A stretch of 64,000 nucleotides of DNA from the NCBI GenBank assembly GCA_004144345.1, contig SEEL01000014.1, positions 17,626 to 81,625 on the forward strand. The letters run 5' to 3'. The translations under genes and the position numbers were made by a program. Positions within the stretch are counted from its first letter, which is position 1. Each line of letters opens with the position of its first letter. Below are positions 56,188-64,000 of the stretch, one piece after another. The DNA is from Hyphomicrobiales bacterium. GTDB lineage: Bacteria; Pseudomonadota; Alphaproteobacteria; Rhizobiales; Devosiaceae. The notes under the pieces are model-generated. The model saw nothing but the letters and a program-made list of their open reading frames with translations. It did not search any database and was not told the origin of the DNA.

Positions 56188-57447
56188 ATGTCATTCGTAC
56201 CGACGCGCCGCGGCGCGTTGCTTTCCGTGGCGGCTGTTTCCGCCCTCATGCTCGCCTCTCCCGTGTTGGCCCAGGACGTCACCATCGAGTTCTGGGGCTC
56301 CTATGGCAATGGCGGCAACTCCACCCAGCAGGACGCGCTCAACGACACCCTCATTCCCGCCTTCGAGGCCGCCCATCCCGGCATCAAGGTGAAGTATGTC
56401 GACGTGCCCTATGACTCGCTGCTGCAGAAGCTGACGACGTCCGCCGCCGGTGGCGAACTGCCCGATCTCGTCCGCGCCGACCTCGGCTGGGTGCCGCAAT
56501 TCGCCGATCTGGGCGTCCTCGATCCGCTCTCGGACACCATGCCCGACTTCCAGGCGCTCGCCGACGCGACCTATCCGGGCGTGCTCGCCACCAATCTCTA
56601 CAAGGGCAAATATTACGGCCTGCCGCTCGACACCAACACCCGCGTGCTGGTCACCAGCCAGGCCGCGCTCGACGCCGCCGGCCTCAGCGCCCCGCCCGCC
56701 ACCTTCGACGAGCTGAAGGCCGCCGCGCCCAAGCTCAAGGAAGCCGGCTTCTCGGTCTTTGCCGATGGCGGCCTTGGCGGCTGGAACATCCTGCCCTGGA
56801 TCTGGTCGGGTGGCGGCAACATCACCAACCCGGAGATCACCAAGTCCTCGGGCTATCTCGATAGCGCCGAGAACATCGCCACCGTGCGGATGCTGGTCGA
56901 CCTCTACAATGCCGGCAGCATCCCGAACCTGATCATCGGCAACCAGGGCGCGACCGGCACCTCCGACGGCCTGCCCTCGGGCGAATATGCCAACATCTTC
57001 GATGGCCCGTGGATGGCCGGCATCTGGCGCGACCAGTATCCAGACTTCACGCCCATCTATGCGCCGATCCCCGCCGGTCCCGGCGGCTCGGTCAGCGTCG
57101 TCGGCGGCGAGGATATCGTCGTGACCGCCTCCTCGCCCCACAAGGAAGCCGCTTACGAGTTCGTGCGCTTCACCCAGTCCGAACTGTTCCAGGTCGAAAT
57201 GGTCAAGACCGGCCAGATGACGGTGCTGCCGGCCTATGCCGACCAGCAGGCCAGCATCGCGCCCTTCTACTCGACCTTCTCCGAGCAGTTGAAGACCGCC
57301 AAGTCCCGCCTCGCCATCGCGCAGGGCGGCAAGGTCGATGGCATCCTCAGTGCCGAGTTGACCAAGGCCTTCACCGGCGAGGCCAGCGTCAAGGATGCCC
57401 TCACCGCTGCGGCAACGCAGATCGACGCGATCCTCGCGGCCGAATAG
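56188..57447 (+). CDS. Carbohydrate ABC substrate-binding protein (family 1)
   Basis: RBS AGGAGG, signal peptide, LPDLVRAD, YYGLPLDTN, SVVGGED. Confidence 0.93.
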   Translation: MSFVPTRRGALLSVAAVSALMLASPVLAQDVTIEFWGSYGNGGNSTQQDALNDTLIPAFEAAHPGIKVKYVDVPYDSLLQKLTTSAAGGELPDLVRADLGWVPQFADLGVLDPLSDTMPDFQALADATYPGVLATNLYKGKYYGLPLDTNTRVLVTSQAALDAAGLSAPPATFDELKAAAPKLKEAGFSVFADGGLGGWNILPWIWSGGGNITNPEITKSSGYLDSAENIATVRMLVDLYNAGSIPNLIIGNQGATGTSDGLPSGEYANIFDGPWMAGIWRDQYPDFTPIYAPIPAGPGGSVSVVGGEDIVVTASSPHKEAAYEFVRFTQSELFQVEMVKTGQMTVLPAYADQQASIAPFYSTFSEQLKTAKSRLAIAQGGKVDGILSAELTKAFTGEASVKDALTAAATQIDAILAAE

Positions 57448-57455
57448 TAGCAGCG

Positions 57456-58400
57456 ATGACGGACTTGGTTCGCACGCCATCCTCCGTCACACTCGCGCGG
57501 CGCTCCTCCTCCGGAGCGTCGCGCAGAGCGGGGGGAAGCATGCACAGTCTGCGGCCATGGCTGACGCCGGCGCTGTTCGTGGCGCCGGGCTTCCTCGTCT
57601 ACACCGCCTTCATCCTCTACCCGATGCTGCAGGCCGTGATCATCAGCCTCTACGACTGGAAGATCGTCGCGGGCGCCACCAGCACCTTTCTCGGCCTTGC
57701 CAATTATGTGCGCGCCTTCAACGACGCGCATCTGTGGCTGAGCCTCTCCAACAGCGCCATCTACATGCTGTTCACCGTGCCGCCGCAGATCGCCCTCGGC
57801 CTCGGCATCGCGCTGCTCCTGCAGCACAAGAGCCCCGCGCAGCCCCTCTTCCGCGTGCTCTATTACCTGCCTGTCGTGACCAGCTGGGTCGTGGTCTCGC
57901 TGCTGTTCAAATATCTCTTCGCCGATCGTGGCCTCATCAACTTCCTGCTCGGCCTCCAGGTCTCGTGGCTCTCCGAGCGCGGCACCGCGCTGGTCGCCAT
58001 CTGCGCGCTCGGCGTGTGGAAAGGCATCGGCTGGTCGATGATGATCTTCATCGCAGCGCTCCAGGGCGTGCCGGGCTCGCTGATCGAGGCCGCCAAGATC
58101 GATGGCGCCGGCCCGTGGCAGCGCTTTGTCAGCGTCACCCTCCCCGCCATCTGGCCCACCATGGGCTTCATCAGCATCATGCTGGTCATTGGCGGGCTCA
58201 ATGTCTTCACCTCGGTGCAGGCCATCACCGATGGCGCGCCGGGCGGCTCGACCGATGTGGTGCTCACCCACATGTACCGCACCACCTTCGCCTTCCTCGA
58301 TTTCGGTTATGGCTCGGCCATCGCCGTGCTGCTCACCGTCCTCGTGTTTGCGCTCTCGGCTTTCCAGCTCCGCTTCTTCCGCAACGGAGCAACGTCATGA
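57456..58400 (+). CDS. Carbohydrate ABC permease
   Basis: FLGLANY, FRVLYYLP, WKGIG, EAAKIDGA. Confidence 0.93.
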   Translation: MTDLVRTPSSVTLARRSSSGASRRAGGSMHSLRPWLTPALFVAPGFLVYTAFILYPMLQAVIISLYDWKIVAGATSTFLGLANYVRAFNDAHLWLSLSNSAIYMLFTVPPQIALGLGIALLLQHKSPAQPLFRVLYYLPVVTSWVVVSLLFKYLFADRGLINFLLGLQVSWLSERGTALVAICALGVWKGIGWSMMIFIAALQGVPGSLIEAAKIDGAGPWQRFVSVTLPAIWPTMGFISIMLVIGGLNVFTSVQAITDGAPGGSTDVVLTHMYRTTFAFLDFGYGSAIAVLLTVLVFALSAFQLRFFRNGATS

Positions 58401-59230
58401 GCGCGCAGGCCCGGGCCCTGTCGAGCCTCCGCATCGTCACCCTCACCATCGGCGCCATGGTGATGATCACGCCCTTCCTCTACATGGTCTCGACCAGCTT
58501 CAAGGCGCAGCAATACGTGCTGAAGGTGCCGCCGCAATTCATCCCCGATCCGGCGACGCTGTCGAACTATCAGCGCATCCTGTTCAAGGACGATTTCGGC
58601 CTCTACTTCCTCAATTCGCTGATCGTCTCGGTCACCTCGACCACCCTCTCGGTGCTGCTCAGCGCCATGATGGCCTATGGCTTCGCGCGCTACCGCTTCC
58701 CCGGCCGCGAATGGCTGTTCCGCATCCTGCTGCTCGGCCTGATGATCCCGGCCATGATGCTCATCGTGCCGCAATTCGTGCTGGCCAAATGGCTCGGCCT
58801 CATCGACTCGCTGCCCGGCCTCATCGTCTTCTACGTCGCCGGCACGCTGGCGCTGAACACCTTCCTCATGCGCGGCTTCTTCGAGGCCCTGCCGCAGGAG
58901 CTCGACGACGCCATGCAGATCGATGGCGCCAATGCCTGGCGCCGCTTCATCACCCTCGCGCTGCCGCTGGCCCGCCCGGCGCTCGCCACCGCCACCATCT
59001 TCACCTTCCTCGCCACCTGGGACGAATATGCCTGGGCCCTCACCAGCATCGTCAGCCCCGAGAACAAGACGCTGCCCATCGCCGTGGCCCTGCTGCAGGG
59101 GCCGCGCGGCACGCAATGGGGTCTCGTCTTCGCGGCGTCGATCATCGCCATCCTCCCGGTGATAACCGTCTTCCTCATCTTCCAGCGTCACTTCGTGCAG
59201 GGCCTGACGGCCGGCGCGGTCAAAGGATAA
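58397..59230 (+). CDS. Carbohydrate ABC permease
   Basis: YFLNSL, ELDDAMQIDGA, TWDEY, VQGLTAGAVKG. Confidence 0.93.
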   Translation: MSAQARALSSLRIVTLTIGAMVMITPFLYMVSTSFKAQQYVLKVPPQFIPDPATLSNYQRILFKDDFGLYFLNSLIVSVTSTTLSVLLSAMMAYGFARYRFPGREWLFRILLLGLMIPAMMLIVPQFVLAKWLGLIDSLPGLIVFYVAGTLALNTFLMRGFFEALPQELDDAMQIDGANAWRRFITLALPLARPALATATIFTFLATWDEYAWALTSIVSPENKTLPIAVALLQGPRGTQWGLVFAASIIAILPVITVFLIFQRHFVQGLTAGAVKG

Positions 59231-59232
59231 TC

Positions 59233-60804
59233 ATGCCCGAATTGCTGCCGGCGAAAGCCTCGTTCCGCCCGGACGAGCCCATCGAGATCGAGATCCGCGG
59301 CAATGTGCCGGCCGGCACGCTGCGCGTCTGGCATCTGGGCCAGCTCGTCAGCGAGACACCTTATCCCGGCGGCCCGTCGCTCACCCTCCCCGGCTTGCCC
59401 GAAGGCGGCTACGGCATTGAGCTCGGCGACCTCCGCACCGCCATCGAGATCGCCGCCGATCCCCGCCAGCGCCTCCGCTACGGCTTTGTCGCGAGCTATG
59501 CCCCCGACAAGGATGTCACCGGACTCACCGACACGGCCCGGCGCCTGCATCTCACCGGAATCCAGTTCTATGACTGGGCCTACCGCCATGCCGATTTGAT
59601 GGGCGGTGGTGACAGCTACAACGACGCCCTCGATCAGCCCATCGCGCTCGCCACGGTGCAACGGCTCGTCACGGCCGTGCAGGCCGCCGGCTCGCGCGCC
59701 CTCGGCTATGCGGCGGTCTATGCCGTCGGCCCGAAGGAATGGCCGCTCTGGCAGCATCAGGCCCTGCTCAAGGCCGGCGGCGAGCCCTATGCGCTGGGCG
59801 ATTTCCTCTTCGTCCTCGATCCCGCCGCGCCCGACTGGCTGGCGCATTTCACCGCCGACCTCACATCGGCGACGGCGACGCTCGGCTTCGATGGCTATCA
59901 TCTCGACCAATACGGCTACCCCAAGCGCGCCATCCGCGCCGACGGTGCCGATGTCGATGTGGCCGCCTCCTTCGTCACGCTGATCGAAGGCGTCCGCGCC
60001 GCCCTGCCCGACGCTCACCTGGTCTTCAACAACGTCAACGACTTCCCCACCGGCCTCACCGCCCGCGCCGATCAGGACGCGGTCTATATCGAGCCCTGGG
60101 CGCCGCAACTGACGCTGCAGGCGCTCGCCGACACCGCCAGCCGCGCCCGTGCTGCTGGCAATGGCAAGCCGGTGGTCTTCGCGGCCTACCAGCATGTCTA
60201 TGACAAGGCATCGGCCGTCGAATCCGACCGCGCCACGGCGCTGACCATGGCGACCCTCTTCTCGCATGGCGCCACGCAGCTGCTGGCCGGCGAGACCGAC
60301 CGCATCCTCGTCGATCCCTACTACGTGCGGAACCATGTCGCCGAGCCGGGCACCGCGGCGCTGCTCAAGCGCTGGTACGATTTCCTCGTCGCCCATGACG
60401 AACTGCTGATGCCGCCCGCGCTGGTCGAGGTGACCCACTCCTATGCCGGCGACTACAATGGCGATCTGGATGTGACCTTCGCGAACGCGGAAACCAGCGT
60501 CACCGCCGAACCCGGCAAGATCTGGCGCCGGATCGTCCGGGCAGGCGACCGGCTGGTCATCCATTTGATCAATCTGTGCGGCCAGACCGACACGCTCTGG
60601 GACGCCGCGCGGCAGCCCCTTTCCTCCCCCGGTGACGCGACCCTCCGGATCAGGGCCCTCCGGGGCCGGCAACCGCAGGTCTCCATTGCCGACCCGGACG
60701 GCTCCGGCCGGCTTGAGCCCGTGGCCACGACCAGCCATGGCGACCACGCGACAGCGTCGCTGCCGACCCTTGGAACCTGGCAGCTCATCGTCGTCGATCT
60801 GTGA
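59233..60804 (+). CDS. GH66 family glycoside hydrolase (dextranase/cycloisomalto-oligosaccharide-active), no signal peptide
   Basis: RYGF, IQFYDWAYRH, ALGYAAVYA, FDGYHLDQYG, VFNNVN, YIEPW, LVIHLINL. Confidence 0.8.
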   Translation: MPELLPAKASFRPDEPIEIEIRGNVPAGTLRVWHLGQLVSETPYPGGPSLTLPGLPEGGYGIELGDLRTAIEIAADPRQRLRYGFVASYAPDKDVTGLTDTARRLHLTGIQFYDWAYRHADLMGGGDSYNDALDQPIALATVQRLVTAVQAAGSRALGYAAVYAVGPKEWPLWQHQALLKAGGEPYALGDFLFVLDPAAPDWLAHFTADLTSATATLGFDGYHLDQYGYPKRAIRADGADVDVAASFVTLIEGVRAALPDAHLVFNNVNDFPTGLTARADQDAVYIEPWAPQLTLQALADTASRARAAGNGKPVVFAAYQHVYDKASAVESDRATALTMATLFSHGATQLLAGETDRILVDPYYVRNHVAEPGTAALLKRWYDFLVAHDELLMPPALVEVTHSYAGDYNGDLDVTFANAETSVTAEPGKIWRRIVRAGDRLVIHLINLCGQTDTLWDAARQPLSSPGDATLRIRALRGRQPQVSIADPDGSGRLEPVATTSHGDHATASLPTLGTWQLIVVDL

Positions 60805-60835
60805 TTGCGGACGCGCCGCAGCGCCTCACCCGCGC

Positions 60836-62359
60836 TCAAACCGGCAGCCCGGCTTTCCGGGCGCCATCGAGGACCATCGCGATCTGCTTGGGTTGCACCG
60901 CGGTGCGGTTGAGCCGTTCCTCCATCGCGTAGTTCGGATTGACCGCCATCAGCTCGGCCCACACCTGCCGCGCCTCCTCGAACCTGCCGAGATGGCCGAG
61001 GGCGGCGGCGAGATAGCCGCGCGACGAATCCGTATCTGGCATCAGCAGGATGCGCTCGCGGAACAGCGCCACGGCCGTCTCGTAGCGGCCGCCATAGAAA
61101 TACGCCCTGCCGAGCAGTTGCAAATAGAGCAGCGTCGCGCTCAGCGACGGGTCGAGCCGCATGCAGCGCTCGAAATGCGCGATGGCCTCGAGCGGCGCCT
61201 CGTTGACGAGGCAGAGATGGCCCTGCATGTCGCTGGCAATCCCGGCATCCGGGTTGAGCGCGATGACGATCGCGGCCTCGCGGCGAAACCGCTCGAAATT
61301 GCGGGCGACCATCGATGTAAGCGCGACGGCGAAATGCCCGCCGGCGTGGTTCGGCGCCAGCTCGACGATCCTCTCGCCCAGGCTCTGCGCCTCCCTCAGC
61401 GAGCGGTCGGGGTCGTCGCTCCAGCGGTTCAGATAGTCCGCCTGGAGGGCAATCGCCAGCTCGCGCAGGGCATCCACATAGTTGGGATCGCGTTCTATGG
61501 CGCGCCGGATGAGGTCGGTCGCATGCTTGTGCAAGGCAAGGTTCTGGGTCGGTCCGCCAAACAGCGCGCGACCCCGCATCAGCAGATCCAGCGCCTCGAT
61601 ATCACTGGTGCCGCCGTCGCTCAGCGCCTGCGACGGCGACAGTTTGAGCCTGAGGGCATCGACGATCCGCCGGGTCACTTCGTCCTGGAGCGCGAACACA
61701 TCGGCCAGTTCGCGATCGAAAGTCTCCGCCCAGAGCTGCGCCCCGCTCCCGGCGTCGGCGAGCTGGGCGCTCATGCGCAGCCGCGATCCGCCGCGCCGCA
61801 CGCTACCCGACAGCACATAGCGCACATCGAGCTCACTGCCGACCTTGCGCACATCGACATCATTGCCGCGATAGGCAAAGCTCGAGTTGCGCGCCATCAC
61901 CAGCAGCCCGGGGAGTTTCCCCAACGCGACGATGATCTCCTCCGCCAGACCATCGGCGAAGAACGCCTGCTCGAGATCGCTGCTGAGATTGACGAACGGC
62001 AACACCGCGATCGATTTTTGCTCGCGTCCATCCGACGACGCAGTGGACGCCGATGGCGAAGCAAAGCGGTAGCCGACGCGCGGCACGGTCACGATCCACT
62101 CGCCGCCATTGGGCGATGGCCCGAGCACCTTGCGCAACGCCGCGATTTGCACCGACAGATTGCTTTCCTCGATCGCGGCGCCACCCCAGGCGGCATCCAT
62201 CAGTTCGGTCTTGGTGAGAACTTCGCCCGGGCGGCTGAACAGGATCGCGAGCAAGGCGACGCCGCGGTGGCCGAGCGGCAAAGGCGCGCCGTCCCTCGTC
62301 ACCAGCTTGGCGGCGACGTCGATCGCAAACGGCCCACAGATGATCCGCTGGTCGGACAT
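60836..62359 (-). CDS. Winged-helix (CadC/OmpR-type) + TolB-like + TPR transcriptional regulator
   Basis: VLTKTELMDAAW, NLSVQIAALRKVL, IVTVPRVGYRF, IAVLPFVNLS..EQAFFADGLAEE, TPR-like tail. Confidence 0.9.
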   Translation of the reverse strand: MSDQRIICGPFAIDVAAKLVTRDGAPLPLGHRGVALLAILFSRPGEVLTKTELMDAAWGGAAIEESNLSVQIAALRKVLGPSPNGGEWIVTVPRVGYRFASPSASTASSDGREQKSIAVLPFVNLSSDLEQAFFADGLAEEIIVALGKLPGLLVMARNSSFAYRGNDVDVRKVGSELDVRYVLSGSVRRGGSRLRMSAQLADAGSGAQLWAETFDRELADVFALQDEVTRRIVDALRLKLSPSQALSDGGTSDIEALDLLMRGRALFGGPTQNLALHKHATDLIRRAIERDPNYVDALRELAIALQADYLNRWSDDPDRSLREAQSLGERIVELAPNHAGGHFAVALTSMVARNFERFRREAAIVIALNPDAGIASDMQGHLCLVNEAPLEAIAHFERCMRLDPSLSATLLYLQLLGRAYFYGGRYETAVALFRERILLMPDTDSSRGYLAAALGHLGRFEEARQVWAELMAVNPNYAMEERLNRTAVQPKQIAMVLDGARKAGLPV

Positions 62360-62476
62360 TTGCCCCGCTTCGGAATGGTCTTGGAACTATTCGGCGAGAT
62401 TTCGGCGAGGTTTCAATACCCCGGCCAGCGTTCCGGCAACACTCCCCCCCGTCGATCCACAAGGGGAGAACGGCCC

Positions 62477-62686
62477 ATGTACTTCTGCCACGAGTTTTAT
62501 CGCGACGCCTGCTCCGCCGGCGCCTTGGAAGATCTCGGCGCCCGGGAGCCGCGCGACGACGACCGCCACTGCGCGCCCGCGCCGATCCCCTTCCCTGCCA
62601 TGCTGATCTGGCTGCTTGTGGTAAGCGTCGCCCTTTGCGCGCTCACCATTGCCATCCAGCTCCTGAGCTCAGGGGCCGCAACATGA
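62477..62686 (+). CDS. Small single-pass membrane protein
   Basis: RBS GGGGAG; 69 aa with a C-terminal TM helix; ATGA overlap with the next gene. Confidence 0.6.
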   Translation: MYFCHEFYRDACSAGALEDLGAREPRDDDRHCAPAPIPFPAMLIWLLVVSVALCALTIAIQLLSSGAAT

Positions 62687-63402
62687 CGCAACGCCATCGG
62701 CAGATGCGCCTGACGGCGGCGCATGTCGCGCTCCTGCCCACCCGGATCGACGACCCCGGTCCCATGCCCCTCGAGAGCCGGCGGGCCCGGCCCGACGGCT
62801 ATTACGCCGCAACCACCGAGGCCCTGATCAACGCGGTGCCTCCCGGCGGCGACATGTGGCTCTTCGCCTGCGGCTCGCTCATCTGGAACAAGCGCTTCAC
62901 GTCAATCGAAGAGCGCCCCGCTTTGGTCCGCGGCTGGCATCGCGACTTCTGTCTCGGTCCCGACACCCGCTTCCGCGGCAACCCGGCGGCGCCCGGCTAT
63001 ACGCTGTCGCTCGATCGCGGCGGCCAGTGCAAGGGCATGGTCTATCGCTTCCCGCGCGACGGTCTCGCCGCCAATGTCGAGGGCCTGCTGCGCAAGGAAC
63101 CGCCGTTCCCGCCCCGCTGGGTAACCGCCGTCACGCCCCTCGGCACGGTGCGCGCCATCGCCTTCACCCATCCGGGCAAGCGCATCGAATACACCGGCCA
63201 TCTCACCGACGAGGCCATCGCCGACGCACTCGCCCAATCGGTCGGCATGGTCGGCTCCATGGCCGAGTATGTCTATCTGACGGCCCTGCATCTGGAACAA
63301 CTGGGCCTCTGCGACGATCGCCTGTGGCACATGCAGGACATGATCGCCGAGCGCATCGAACGCGCCCATCCCGGCCGCCTCCCCACGCCGGCGCGCGCGT
63401 GA
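62683..63402 (+). CDS. ChaC-family gamma-glutamylcyclotransferase
   Basis: WLFACGSLIWN, GWHRDFC, RG...PG..LSLDRGGQCKG, GSMAEY. Confidence 0.9.
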   Translation: MTQRHRQMRLTAAHVALLPTRIDDPGPMPLESRRARPDGYYAATTEALINAVPPGGDMWLFACGSLIWNKRFTSIEERPALVRGWHRDFCLGPDTRFRGNPAAPGYTLSLDRGGQCKGMVYRFPRDGLAANVEGLLRKEPPFPPRWVTAVTPLGTVRAIAFTHPGKRIEYTGHLTDEAIADALAQSVGMVGSMAEYVYLTALHLEQLGLCDDRLWHMQDMIAERIERAHPGRLPTPARA

Positions 63403-63515
63403 CCAACCGCACGCGCGCCGCCACACCAAAAACCTCCCTTCGCCTGTCGAAATGCGCCATGCTCGCGCGACATCATCATGAGGCGGCTGTGCCGCTCCCA
63501 ACTGAGGATGACGCG

Positions 63516-63863
63516 ATGAAATTCATGTTCCTGCTTTACGCCAACGAACAGGGCGGCGTGTCGCTGCCGCCCGAGGAAATGGCCGCCTGGATGGAGAAGA
63601 TGGGCGCTTACGCCGCCGCCCTCGAAAAGGCCGGCGCCCTCGTCTCGACCGGCGGCCTCGGCCTCACCCGGGACGCAGCCGTCGTCCACATCGAGGCTGG
63701 CGAGCTGCAGGTCCATAACGGCCCCTATGCCGAAACCCAGGAACAGCTCGGCGGCTATTTCCTGATCGAGGCGGCGGACATGAACGCCGCCCGCGACTGG
63801 GCCGCCAAATGCCCGGCCGCGCTCTGGGGCCACATCGAAATCCGCGCCATCATGCACGGCTGA
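63516..63863 (+). CDS. YciI/DGPF family protein
   Basis: MKFMFLLY, NGPYAETQEQLGGYFLI, WAAKCP, IEIRAI. Confidence 0.92.
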   Translation: MKFMFLLYANEQGGVSLPPEEMAAWMEKMGAYAAALEKAGALVSTGGLGLTRDAAVVHIEAGELQVHNGPYAETQEQLGGYFLIEAADMNAARDWAAKCPAALWGHIEIRAIMHG

Positions 63864-63966
63864 GGCGCAGGCCTTCCCTTTTCTTCCGGGGAGGAGTCGA
63901 AATCCGTCTGGCCGCCGCGTCATAACTGCATCCGGACCCGATGCTCCGGCTCAAAGGAGAAACCGA

Positions 63967-64000
63967 ATGCGCTACATGATGCTGATCCACCACGACGATG
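63967..64000 (+). CDS. Probable second YciI-family protein, truncated by the window edge
   Basis: RBS AAGGAG, MRYMMLIHHDD. Confidence 0.6.
   Translation, partial: MRYMMLIHHDD

Noticed and set aside
1-64000. tRNA, rRNA, CRISPR arrays, IS elements, prophage genes, LexA boxes
   Set aside because: No T-loop/cloverleaf, regularly spaced repeats, transposase/integrase/phage ORFs or GTTC-N7-GTTC sites were recognised by eye; a scan could still find weak cases

Overview
GC-rich alphaproteobacterial chromosomal segment (gene content and style fit Hyphomicrobiales, e.g. Devosia-like; this is inference). Positions 1-30.6 kb are mostly core genes: uvrB, uvrC, aroG, pgsA-moaD-moaE, ilvE, csaA-proC-ybjN, lgt-midA-pgeF-prs. 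These are interrupted by small inserts, the most notable being a low-GC cassette directly after uvrB (FRG-domain gene, DUF262 gene, membrane ORF) followed by a ~400-nt non-coding stretch with many base-paired stems. From ~30.6 kb to the end is an accessory metabolic region with three self-contained, regulator-linked catabolic clusters: (i) FadR + sugar ABC + creatininase/AstE/SDR/ThrC-like/MBL; (ii) FadR + Opp-type ABC + BNR/sialidase-like + DHDPS-like aldolase + Fe-ADH + DUF1537 kinase + PdxA2; (iii) ROK + sugar ABC + GH66 + GH13. No tRNA, rRNA, CRISPR array, integrase or transposase was recognised. Top leads: a candidate large structured ncRNA (4449-~4850); an inferred catabolic route for a C7 2-keto-3-deoxy sugar diacid such as Dha via D-threonate (41.9-53.2 kb); a leader-peptide attenuator of aroG with Phe, Tyr and Trp codons; and a translationally coupled FRG-DUF262 candidate defence module. 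All family assignments come from motif recognition by eye; no database searches were run.
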